From Lingula anatina (taxonomy: Eukaryota; Animalia; Brachiopoda), in NCBI GenBank assembly GCA_051362555.1, contig CM120649.1:13454001-13518000 (forward strand): a stretch of 64,000 nucleotides of DNA, given 5' to 3'. Positions within the stretch are counted from its first letter, which is position 1. Every line of letters starts with the position of its first letter. Below are positions 50,996 through 62,445 of this stretch, one piece after another. The translations under genes and the position numbers were made by a program. A model generated the notes under the pieces. The model saw only the letters and a program-made list of their open reading frames with translations. It had not been told where the DNA came from and made no database searches.

Positions 50996-51110
50996 GCTGC
51001 GAGAGAAACTTCCTGACCTCAGTTGTTTATTGAAAAAGATGTCACTTTTCTCGTGATTTTTGAACGAGGAAATTAACAAGCTATCTAGAACTTAAATTTA
51101 AAGAAAAATT

Positions 51111-54100
51111 ATGGATGGGATTAAAGCTAAGGACAAGCACCTGAAAGGAAGAGAGGGCGATTCAGTTGTCGACTCGAAGAGGGCTTTAAACTCGGCATCT
51201 CCATCTTCAGAAGGGTCGAGCAGGTTTGTTTTGGTTCCTTACTTTATCTGTGAATTGTGTTTAATCTTGGTGTTACTAACACTGTGAAGAACTGAGGTCT
51301 TAAGAAGTATCAGGTGCTGCGATAAAAAGCAAGTTTCTTAATGAGCCTCTGACGCTATGTGAAGTTTGTCAGATAAGTATATATTTCCCAAGTCCCACGA
51401 CAAGACAAGTTGCAGTGTGTAATATATTTTAGATTAATTATTTGAGCTGTTCACAAATGAATATTTCAGCTTTTCACATACCCATTTCTGCTATTCCTTA
51501 AGAAGAAAGTGCCCATCTTGAAACAGTTTATATTATTGAGTTGTTTTGAAGAATTCCTGATAATTCATTGAAGTTTTATTAGCTGTGCACACCCCCTTAA
51601 TACCGTACAAGAACATGTTTTAGTACAAGTACCGTACAAGTACATGTACATGTTTTACATCTTTGGTGGGATCGCGGAGAATGCCATTAAAATCGGTGCT
51701 GTTGGGAGATCATACTGTGCACTTTTTTGCCATACTATTACTATACAGGGGTGACATGGTGGGTGAGTGGGGGAAAGTTTGTGTCTGTCTCAAGGCTTTT
51801 CCCAGCCAACTGTCCAGCCGTCATTTGGGTGGTCACTGGCATCACCACACAATCATTATTTTCAAAGACAGCTGGGCAGCTTATGAATTTTCTTGAAAGA
51901 TCATGGCTAGGACTCCCTGAAATTTTGTAGGGAATTGCTGGTGATAATTTTGAACGGCCTGTACCCCCAATCCTGAGGAAAGTCCTGGTCTGTCTTCAAA
52001 TTTCTTTTCTCTTTGTGTTGGTTGGTTATATATCCCTGTCTAAATTACTGATCACACTTCATTGTTTAAAATAATTGCAGCATGTATGGATTGTGCTTAT
52101 TTTCAAAAAAAAAAAAAAAAAAAGAAAAAAAGAAATCATCTTTAAGTGCTTTATCTCAATGTATAATTTTCCTTTTCATAGTGTGGTTCCTCTCACAGAA
52201 GTTGAAGGCCAGTTTACTAAGTTATGTACTGAACTCAATGTGCCAGACAACGTGAAGAAGAAAACTTGGAAAGAATGGATAGACATGCTGTCCAGTGACA
52301 TGGACATAAAGGTGGAGACACTTTTAATATATACAGTTATAATTGTGATTAATTATGAATATATTTGTTATAGACAATTCCCATGAAAATTAATGAAAGT
52401 CATATTTTCCATTTTAAAATGTTAAATAGACAATAAACTAATTTCATTTCATATTTCTATCCTCATTTCAGTCAGACTACATGCCCTGGTTAGCTTGTCT
52501 GCTTTATAGTGCAGCCACTGACTGTAGGGTTCCTTATGGCATGACAGACCCACAAGTCCAGGCTTTAGAGAGTCCAGTGTTTACTGTGACTAAGCTGCTA
52601 CAAAAAACAGACCTTGGGTATGTCATGATTATATTTTGCTTTGACCTAAGCAAATCCTAGGGACGCACACATTCTGGAGAATTAACCCTTAAAATCTACT
52701 CATAGAATTTATATACCACTTTGCTTAAAATATGTATAATCAAACAAAAACTGATGCAGGTGATTAAAATCCTCTCATATTTTAGGTACATTTTCTTTTT
52801 TTACAGCCTGATCTTTTTAACACTAATTCAAGACAATATGTCTATGGCTAACTTGACCAAGAACATTGATAAATAATGAATTAATGAATAGAAAAAGAAA
52901 TGAATGAATAGTGAAATAAAATAATACATTGATCAATAAATAAAAAAATTGTACCACACCCTGGAAATTGTAATTTTTTTTTCCTGTCTGTTTCAGTATT
53001 CGCCCATTCTTTGAGAGGCTACGTGCCCTGAAGGAACACGGAAAACTGAGTACCACAGTGAAACAGAACGTTCTGGGGCTGGAGAAGAAATACTGTATAG
53101 TGGCTGCTCTTTATGATAAACTGGAAAAGTAAGTACTGTAGTGGTAGTGTGGACAATAAACAAGTGGTATTATCATCCCTGTTTGTCTTTTTGTTTGCCA
53201 CCAGCCTAACTCAAAAAATCATGGATGGATCCTGATAAACAAAATTTAGGATAGGTCACAAATGGGTAGCTTAAAAATGATAAGATTTTGGGGATGATAC
53301 ATTAATTAATAAATTAATGGTTAATTACTGGTTTATTTTGTGTCTTGGTAGGGGTCTATGCTCTCCGAGTGCTTTTGTAGTATTAAATTCTTATTAGTTC
53401 TAGTCTGTGGAAAATATTTTTTAACTTGCTCATCCTTCAATCCAAAAGGTTGAAGAATCTACCAACCCAAACTAAGTTTAAGTTTGAACAGTGACCAGTA
53501 ACTGCCCAAACTATAGGATGTTAAATAAAAAAAGTAAAGTTACAGTTATAAATACCTACAGTGAATTAAAATTTGTGTGTTCAAATAGACTTATTTTATT
53601 TCCAGAATTTTAGCTCAAATCTTCAGGGAGGAGACAGAGAATGGCAGTTACAGGTAACACAGCTGGTTCTTGTTATGTTTTTCACTAAAAAGGGCACAAT
53701 GTTGTTTTTTATACTGGTTATGAATTACTAGATTCGTCTTGGCTCGGCCATTTGTTCTCGGTGTCGTTTGAGTTGTCAAGAATTTTGTAATCTTTATTCT
53801 AGTTGTCTTCCAAATGCTGTGCCAGATTCAGAACTAAGTGACCTCCAACAGAAGAAATCACTGATATGGACAGCTTTTGTATTGACCAAAGGTTAGTCGG
53901 ATGTTATCCATCTGCTCTCTTGCCCCATCTTTGAACCATTTGCTATTAAAAAAGATATCACAATTAAGTAGCCACTGGAAACCTAAGCTGGACCTTAACT
54001 GTTGCCAAATTAATACTGTGAATTTTGGAAAATTGCAAGTAATTGTAATGGCATCTTGTTTATTTGAAAGATTTATATAATAAGTCTAACATTTTTTTCT

Positions 54101-55948
54101 CTGTATTCATTTACCTAAGAAGTTAGTTGATTTGTTCAGATAATAAACAGATTTCCGACATTATTTGATTTGTTTACCCATTAGCTTTCACAGTTGCCTT
54201 AAACCAATTTATTTATTCACTTGTTCACTATAAGAGATGCCCTAGACATAAGTGACAATGAGCTAATTCATAAATTGATTAATTAATTGTTTAATTAATT
54301 TTCTTGTTAATTCTACCAGGTGCCCTGGACATGGGTGACAGTGAGCTGATCTTCAGTTTCTACCTCTTATTGTGCAGTATTGACCATGTCCTAAGACTGA
54401 CCCCCTCCTTCATGCTCAATCCTCCATTTGGTGAGTGGTCAGTTAGGGAGCGTTCAGATTCAGAAATCATACGAGCTTGATTGATCCAACTCCTGATTAA
54501 GCAGAGCACACGCAAAAGTTAATTGCTCCCTTGCTGCCCAAGGGTGTGTGTCAGACGATTAAACTGATTACATTGACTGCACTTTAGTGAGATCTGAATC
54601 TTAATGCTCACTAAGTTTAAATATATCAAGAGGGATTGGCACAATCTACTTGTTCATCCAGCCCTTGTAGCTGTAATGCTCAATTTCACATAATCTTATT
54701 ACTTTTGCAGTTTTTTTAGAAAACAAAATAAGAACTTTTTCTTATTCCCAGATCCTATTACTGTTTTCCAATTATCTAACCTTTTAGTTAATATTTTGTT
54801 CAAGAATTCTTGACTAAATTTATTTGTTTACACCAGACACTGTACGAAGGGAGTGTTGTGAAAATGTGGATCCATACTGCATGCTGAAGGAGCTCTGTGA
54901 ACAGTTTGTGGTTCGTTATGAAGAGGTGAGTGGTAGAACGGCTGTTCTGCATAAAACATGAATAACTACACATCTGCCCTTGTGCACACATATACGTACA
55001 AGTGCAACAGTGCAAATACCTCGAACATAAACTAGTCTTTTGTCTCTTTCACTAGTGCCTCACAATTTTCTGTATTGCACAAGTTTGTGAGAATGAGAAC
55101 TGGCTATTGCTTATAAGAATCACCGTCACAGGGCCTCTGAATCTGATAATGTAAATCAGTTAATCATATTATTTTGGTAACTATGTTGGGGTGTCCTAAA
55201 GGGAGTAAAAACCCAGGAGTGTAATAACAGTCTATTGATTGTTGTGAAAAGAAGTCTTTGTTGACAAGACGGTCTCTTCACACACGAACAGATATTTAGG
55301 CTAGATACACATTGTATAAAAGAATGTCACAGTAACAACTTGTTTTAACAGTCTGTATTTGAAAGTGTCTTTAAAGGTTTTAATATTACCAAGTGCAAGT
55401 TACTGATTTTAATAAAATAAACTGATTTGAATTTAAAATGTATTCCCATCTCTTATTCTCTATAATGTCTCTTGAAGATTTTGTCCATCAAATAGAAGAT
55501 TGTTGTTTTTACTGCTACATTTCTTACCAGGTTCATTTTATTTCAGGTGAAAGCAGTGTGTGTTAATTTCTGGGAACCTTTCCTGTCTTCACTGCCTCAT
55601 ACTCAGGGAGAACTGGATGTGAGTTTACTTTAATTTTTATAACAAATAGAGTGTTAAACTGACAATATTATTGGTACATATTTTCAGGCTGTATTTTTTT
55701 TCTATCAAATCTTTAACTCACTTCTCTGCTGTTTTGAGACATTCTCAACAACTAAATAATATTTCATATTTAAAAAAAATGGAGATATTGTGTACAATTT
55801 TTTTAAAATGATTCACAATGCATTATCTAAAATTTTTAGTTGCACTCATGATTTTAGAATTTTAGTAATTGACATTAAATTTGTCATTTTTGGAATTAAG
55901 CAATTGCGAGGGACATTGAGATTTATAAGTAGTGTGTTTCTCATAAGG

Positions 55949-55985
<37 letters not shown>

Positions 55986-58182
55986 CCTAGCTGACCAGAA
56001 TTCAGACAGCCTACCTCCAGAACCACCAAAAACTTGGAGACATTAATGAATTGCTCTTCCTCACCAAGAGTCCAGTCCTACTGCCCAGTGTCCCTAATGG
56101 TCAGTCCTCGGACACACCCAAACCTGATACTGTGCCTATGACTCCAGTGAGGTAGGGAGATACTGTATTTATTAAAATAAAAATGAAAGAGTGGGTTTTT
56201 ATACACTCGTATGTTTTTGAATCTTAAAATTAAAAAAAAAATTGAACAGCAATGTGTGATAGAATTTTGAAACTTGAATTTTTTCCCAATTGTGTCATAT
56301 TTTCAAGATGATTTTGCTTTTTTGGGAGGCTGGATTAAATCTTATTCAGAAGTTTTCTTTTCAATTTAAGTCTCTGTAATGATGTTTTATCCTTTGGATT
56401 GCTAGCCCCAGCTGAAATCTAGGCCTTAACAAAGCCAGTCATAATTTTCATTGCTTATAATTTCAGAGCTGCTTTGTCATCTGTGCAGCAGCTTAATGAA
56501 GTCCTGGAAGGTTGTAAAGATACCCCATCATCTGAGCTGGTCAATTTCTTCAAGGTGAGTATTGGTCAAAATTAGTGATAAGGTCTTCCTAATTTATCTT
56601 GAAGTCTTATATTTGGGAACACCACCTTCCACAGTTTTCTTGAGGATAGAAGCCTCTTTTAACCACTGGAAAGCAATATTAGAGACAAAAATAAGTATCT
56701 AATGCTTGGTTAACATTACTTTACCCACAGGATAACTGTCCAGAAGATAATAATTTTATTAAATGGATAGTGTTATCCAGTGGATAGCGCTATCCACTGT
56801 TGATGAAATTGGGCCCATAGGACAATAATTTTATCCAAAGGATAGCATTATCCATAGTATAGGGCTATCCACTGTTGATGAAACTGGGCCCAGAGGACAA
56901 TAATTTTATCCATAGGATAGCGCTATTCAGTGTTGATGAAACTGGGCTATAATATTTTGTGTCATTGATCTTGTGACAGAGTTGTACCAGTAATCCCCAG
57001 CCAGACATAGAGGACAGAGTGCGCCATCTAGAGGAGAGATTTGTAGACGGCTTCTGTCAGGTGATGGGAAAGAACAAGAAGTCTATATCCCAGCAGAGAT
57101 ATCAACTGGCTGTAAGGTTGTACTATAGAGTGCTGGAGAAAATGCTCAAAGCTGTGAGTATATAATGCAAAGAGTTGATTAAAACATGAATTTAATAAAA
57201 TTTTTATATATCAACTAGTAAGTCATCATGGTGAAAAGTCTCATTAAAAGATTTCTGTCATCTTTTGACGTTTTGTTGGAAAGCTAAAACCTACCTACCT
57301 ACCTTTTGATTCTTTCACAAATTTGATCTTTATTCTGGAAAGAAATTAAACTTCTATCTCTTGTCTTTAGCAGACTTGTTCCTGACATTATAACACTTTC
57401 CATTGTGCATTTAACCATCTGACTTCGAGTTTTCAAGATTGTATTTTATTTTTAATTACAGGAAGAGGACCGGCTTTCCCGCGCTGACTTCAGCACACTG
57501 CTCAACAATGATACATTCCACAAGTCTCTGCTGGCATGTGCTGTGGAGGTAGTCATGGCAGCCTATGCTTCCACAGGTTAATATCTCCTTTTACTACTAC
57601 TGTAAAACAGTGTTACATTTAGTACAAATAATGCTGTTATTTAAGCATATGGCAATATGAATTCAACAGAAACAGCATTGTCATTAGATGAAGATTATTG
57701 CTTGGCTATAGAATCCAGCTGAATACTACAAAACCTTATAAATCTGATATTGAATTTTTAGGCCAAGCACATTTCGAAGTGTCTGATGCTTATGCCTATA
57801 TGCTTTGAATGACAATCATTTTTGGTGATACACATGGTATGAAGAACTCAATCATCATACAGATAACAGACAGAAAGTCTTTGTCCTAAAATTATGTCAA
57901 CAACCCTGTACCTGAGAGTTCTCAAGACTATTCGCTATAACCATAAGCTCCCTTAAAATTTCGAGTTTTGAGCATTTACTTTTGAAGTTTTGATACATTT
58001 CAACTAAAAAAGTTGAACGTTCTTACATTTTTCAGTCCCAGGCAACGCGACTCCGTCCAGCACAGACACAGCATTCCCATGGGTCCTGGCAGTATTTGGT
58101 CTACAAGCTTACAACTTTCACAAGGTGCTGGAGAGTTTTATCAGAGCAGAACCTGGTCTGCCTAGGGAGACCATAAAGGTGA

Positions 58183-58235
<53 letters not shown>

Positions 58236-61200
58236 TAAGTCTTAGTTCTAATAGTGAATCCACTTAAACTATTAAGATTCATATGCTAGAATAAATAATG
58301 ATAATAAAGCTACATTTTTTTGTCTAATTAAATACAAAGACAATGAGGTTGGCTATTAAAGATTATAACTATCAGTTTATAACTTTTCCAATGCATTGGT
58401 CTCATTGTGCAAGGATATGGTTGGAAAACATTTAGTAAATGTGTTAATTGAATAAAGAGTACATATTTTGTTTGGATGAAGTTCAGAGATGAATTTTGAA
58501 GTGTAATGTGTTACCTGTTTTGGATGTTTTGATTAACTAGTCAGAATTTATTTAACTGCTTACAGGTTATGTTTTCTGAATTGGTATTTTGTTTTGATTT
58601 TGCAGCATATACAAAGTATTGAGAATCAGATTTTGGAAAAAATAGCCTGGAAGTCTGTAAGTATTCTTATTTTGTTTCAATACGTATTGCTTTCCATGCT
58701 TCATTTTTATAAACGCCACCTCCCACATTTGATATATATATTTTTTGCTCTTGGTAAAATAATTTTAATCCCAGAAAAGCTCTCCAGTTTCTTGAGGACT
58801 GTGAACAATATCTGTACAATATATAATCCTATTTATAGTACTTTAAAAACTTAGAAAGATCTCAAATGGAACATTTAACCAGTAATGGATAATAAAAACT
58901 TAACCAAATAGATTTTGTTTAAGAGCAAGTGTTTGATTTCAGACTGCGAGTGAGTAACCTTTGGTGAATTTATTATTGTACCACCAGCGTTAGCGCTGGC
59001 GGTACACATGGTTTCGGTCCCGTCCGGATCGTTCCGCCGGCTCCGCCGGCTCCGCCGGTTCCGCCGGCTCCGTTGGCTCCGCCGGACGGCTACCGTTACC
59101 GCTTCTCCTCCTAGACGGTCAGGGCCCCCGTACCCATCTCTTGGATTTAGGTCACCTATAATCTCAACTCGTTCCACGTAAAATTTGGGCTTTGTCGGTA
59201 TTGGGGTCTGGGTGTGGCACTCATTACAATGCACCCTTGTCTAAAAATGGCAAAATTAAATGCTAATTATCTACCCTACGGAAGGAGTTATGGGAAAAAT
59301 TTCTATAGACGGCTTTCCAAAAGTCATATGTGTAGATTTCAAATATACCCTTGGATTTGACCTTTGACCTTTACTTCAAGGTCAAATGGGCCAAAATTTT
59401 CAAAAAAATGAAATTTTTTACGAAAAAAAAATTTTTTGCCCTGTTATTCAGACACCACACAGACTTAACCAATAATATTATTGGAAGGTGTTACCCTTCA
59501 GGTCATCTTTCATCTCCATGAATTTGGGGTCAATCGGTGCATTTTCACGGGAGTAGCGGCCATAAGATACCGAAACTGAAAACTGTCTCTAATTCGGGAA
59601 CCGTTAATGCTAGAGACCCATTCTTTTTTGCATTTTGTAGAGCATGTAAAGCCCAACACTGGAGGTGGTCTCGGTTTTTTTGTATTCCATACGGTTTTCG
59701 AGTTACGCTGTATCAAAAAGTACATATTGGTGGTAAAAGCAAAATGTGCAGTACGGTAATGGATAATAAATTTTGAACTCTGGAAAAATAAAACATAAGG
59801 CTTGGCAAAGCAGACAACTTGTGTTCAAAAATGACATTATTTCATCAAATTTGAACTTCTGAAACTTCAGAGCACCTCCTATTTCAAGAATTTTGACCAA
59901 AATGACATTTTCTTTATTTTAATTAATTTTTTCTGTACGAAATTTAAGGCACATTATGGTAACTCCAAAATTATAACATTTAGTCCCTTATATCTCCAAA
60001 ACTGGCAGAGATAGGTCCATAGTTACTATTGAAGTTGAATAGGAAGTCATATACTGGCAATCTTACTATGACCTTGAAAGTGACCTTTGACCTACTTTTC
60101 ACCATGAACTGAACTTTGCAAATTTTTCTTCCCTTTTATCTCCAAAACTGGCAGAGATAGGTCCATAGTTACTATTAAAGTTGAATAGGAAGTCATATAC
60201 TGGCAATCTTACTATGACCTTGAAAGTGACCTTTGACCTACTTTTCACCATGAACTGAACTTTGCAAATTTTTCTTCCCTTTTATCTCCAAAACTGGCTG
60301 ACATAGGTCCATAGTTACTATTGAAGTTGAATAGGAAGTCATATACTGGCAATCTTACTATGACCTTGAAAGTGACCTTTGACCTACTTTTCACCATGAA
60401 CTGAACTTTGCAAAATTTGCTTCCCTTTTATCTCCAAAACTGGCAGAGATAGGTCCATAGTTACTATTAAAGTTGAATAGGAAGTCATATACTGGCAATC
60501 TTACTATGACCTTGAAAGTGACCTTTGACCTACTTTTCACCATGAACTGAACTTTGCAAATTTTTCTTCCCTTTTATCTCCAAAACTGGCTGAGATAGGT
60601 CCATAGTTACTATTGAACTTGAATAGGAAGTCATATACTGGCAATCTAAATGTGACCTTAAAATTGACCTTTGACCTACTTTTCACCATAAACTGAATTT
60701 TGCAAAATTTGCTTCCCTTTTATCTCCAAAACTGGCAGAGATAGGTCCATAGTTACTATTGAACTTGAATAGGAAGTCATATACTGGCAATCAAAATGTG
60801 ACCTTAAAATTGACCTTTGACCTACTTTACACCATGAACTGAATTTTGCAAATTTTGCTTTCCTTTTATCTCCAAAACTGGCAGAGATAGGTCCATAGTT
60901 ACTATTGAACTTGAATAGGAAGTCATATACTGGCAATCTAAATGTGACCTTAAAATTGACCTTTGACCTACTTTACACCATGAACTGAATTTTGCAAATT
61001 TTGCTTTCCTTTTATCTCCAAAACTGGCTGAGATAGGTCCGTAGTTACTATTGAACTTGAATAGGAAGTCATATACTGGCAATCTAAATGTGACCTTGAA
61101 ATTGACCTTTGACCTACTTTTCACCATGAACTGAACTTTGCAAATTTTGCTTTCCTTTTATCTCCAAAACTGGCAGAGATAGGTCCATAGTTACTATTGA

Positions 61201-62445
61201 ACTTGAAAAGGAAGTCATATACTGGCAATCCAAATGTGACCTTAAAATTGACCTTTGACCTACTTTACACCATAAACTGAATTTTGCAAATTTTGCTTTC
61301 CTTTTATCTCCAAAACTGGCTGAGATAGGTCCGTAGTTACTATTGAACTTGAATAGGAAGTCATATACTGGCATTATAAATGTGACATTAAAATTGACCT
61401 TTGTCCTACTTTTCACCATAAACTGAACTTTGCAAATTTTGCTTCCCTTTTATCTCCAAAACTGGCAGAGATAGGTCCATAGTTACTATTGAACTTGAAT
61501 AGAAAGTCATATACTGGCAATCTAAATGTGACCTTGAAATTGACCTTTGACCTACTTTTTATCATGAACTGAACTCTGCTAATTTCTTTCTCTTTTAACT
61601 TCAAACTTGACAGAGATAGGTCCATAAATACTCTTGAACTTGAATAGGAAGTCATATACTGGCAATTTACTGTGACCTTGAAATTGACCCTTGACCTACC
61701 TTACGAAGAACTTAAATTTGATTGTACCATATATATTTTTTGCAATAGTTTAAAAATTCTTGTTGATTGCATTTTTACAGCTTGTCAAGCACAAAACTGG
61801 TGGCTGTGTCCCTTATTTTGTGTATGTGGGGGTCTATACGAATGCGCTTGCTCCAGCTGGTGGTACAATATTCGGAGGCGGTATCGCCTCTCTGATCCTC
61901 TAGTTTTCTCACTAGGATTCACCACTGTTTGACTTGCTTAAAACCACCGAGATTCCAGCGCCATCTATTCCTGTGTCGCCAGGAGTGAAGGAGCAACCCA
62001 AAAACGGAGGCACACCTGTGACAGCAGCACAGCTGTAAGACATTGTTCTAATTCTTTAACATAAAGTTGTAAAATAGTTTTTGTTTGATATGCATTTTAG
62101 TAAGATTTGGTCACGATTGTATGAAGCTTTATAATATAAAGAAAAAAAAACATAACAAATAACAGAACTGAATTAAATTTTATTGTGAATCCTGTAGTGT
62201 ATTTCAAACTTCTGGTGATGAAGCTGTTCATGAGTCCTGTTGATGAATAAATGATGAATTTATAACCGATCAGTTTTAATTATGCAGTCTTTTTATTTCA
62301 TTTTACTCTATCAGGTACCTGTCTCCGACAAATGGGTTACAGGCAACATCCAAGATGGCTGACAAAGCTCAGGTCATTGCCAGCAGTTCTGTCAGGCAGA
62401 CTCCACCAAAAAGATCTCATTCTCTTAATCTCTTTTTTAATAAAG
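51111..62445 (+). CDS. RB1: Retinoblastoma-associated protein (RB1 orthologue), 17 exons in window, continues past the window end
   Basis: Exons 51111-51223, 52182-52311 ([19 protein letters not shown]), 52472-52617, 52997-53128, 53606-53653, 53803-53891, 54320-54430 ([14 protein letters not shown]), 54837-54925, 55547-55618, 55991-56151 (MTPVR), 56467-56553, 56980-57153 ([17 protein letters not shown]), 57462-57576 ([13 protein letters not shown]), 58036-58178 ([17 protein letters not shown]), 58606-58656, 61916-62034 (DSPLFDLL), 62316-62445 ([12 protein letters not shown]). These match the RB N-domain, pocket A and spacer. Confidence 0.93.
56724..56947. repeat. ~3 tandem copies of a palindromic MITE-like end (GGATAGCGCTATCCAC...GAAACTGGGCCC)
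   Basis: Repeated ataattttatcca..ggatagc..tatccactgttgatgaaactgggc units. Confidence 0.7.
58974..61903 (+). mobile_element. Helentron-associated non-autonomous element (HINE/DINE-1-like) carrying a satellite array
   Basis: 5' subTIR TATTGTACCACCAGC (58974-58988) with adjacent hairpin, a (CTCCGCCGG)n microsatellite at ~59031-59087, the internal tandem array, an inverted subTIR GCTGGTGGTACAATA (61856-61870), a 3' stem-loop GAGGCG-gtat-CGCCTC (61875-61890) and a CTAG end in T-rich context. Confidence 0.85.
59991..61700. repeat. 146-bp tandem repeat, ~11.7 copies
   Basis: tatctccaaaactggc... recurs at 59991, 60137, 60283, 60429, 60575, 60721, 60867, 61013, 61159, 61305 and ~61451, plus a degenerate last unit. 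Confidence 0.97.

Noticed and set aside
58943-58949. Possible 7-nt microexon (ttcag|ACTGCGA|gtgagt) in RB1
   Set aside because: It would shift the frame, and the flanking exons already join as the conserved AWKS|DSPLF. No support without RNA data.
58875-59234. 119-aa Arg/Ser-rich ORF
   Set aside because: Produced by the 9-bp microsatellite of the Helentron-type element.
59991-61700. Possible CRISPR-like array
   Set aside because: Contiguous head-to-tail units with no unique spacers, in a eukaryotic intron, and no cas genes.
60676-61932. Several 80-101 aa ORFs with repeated peptides
   Set aside because: They are translations of the 146-bp satellite; the unit length is not a multiple of 3 and there is no coding signature.
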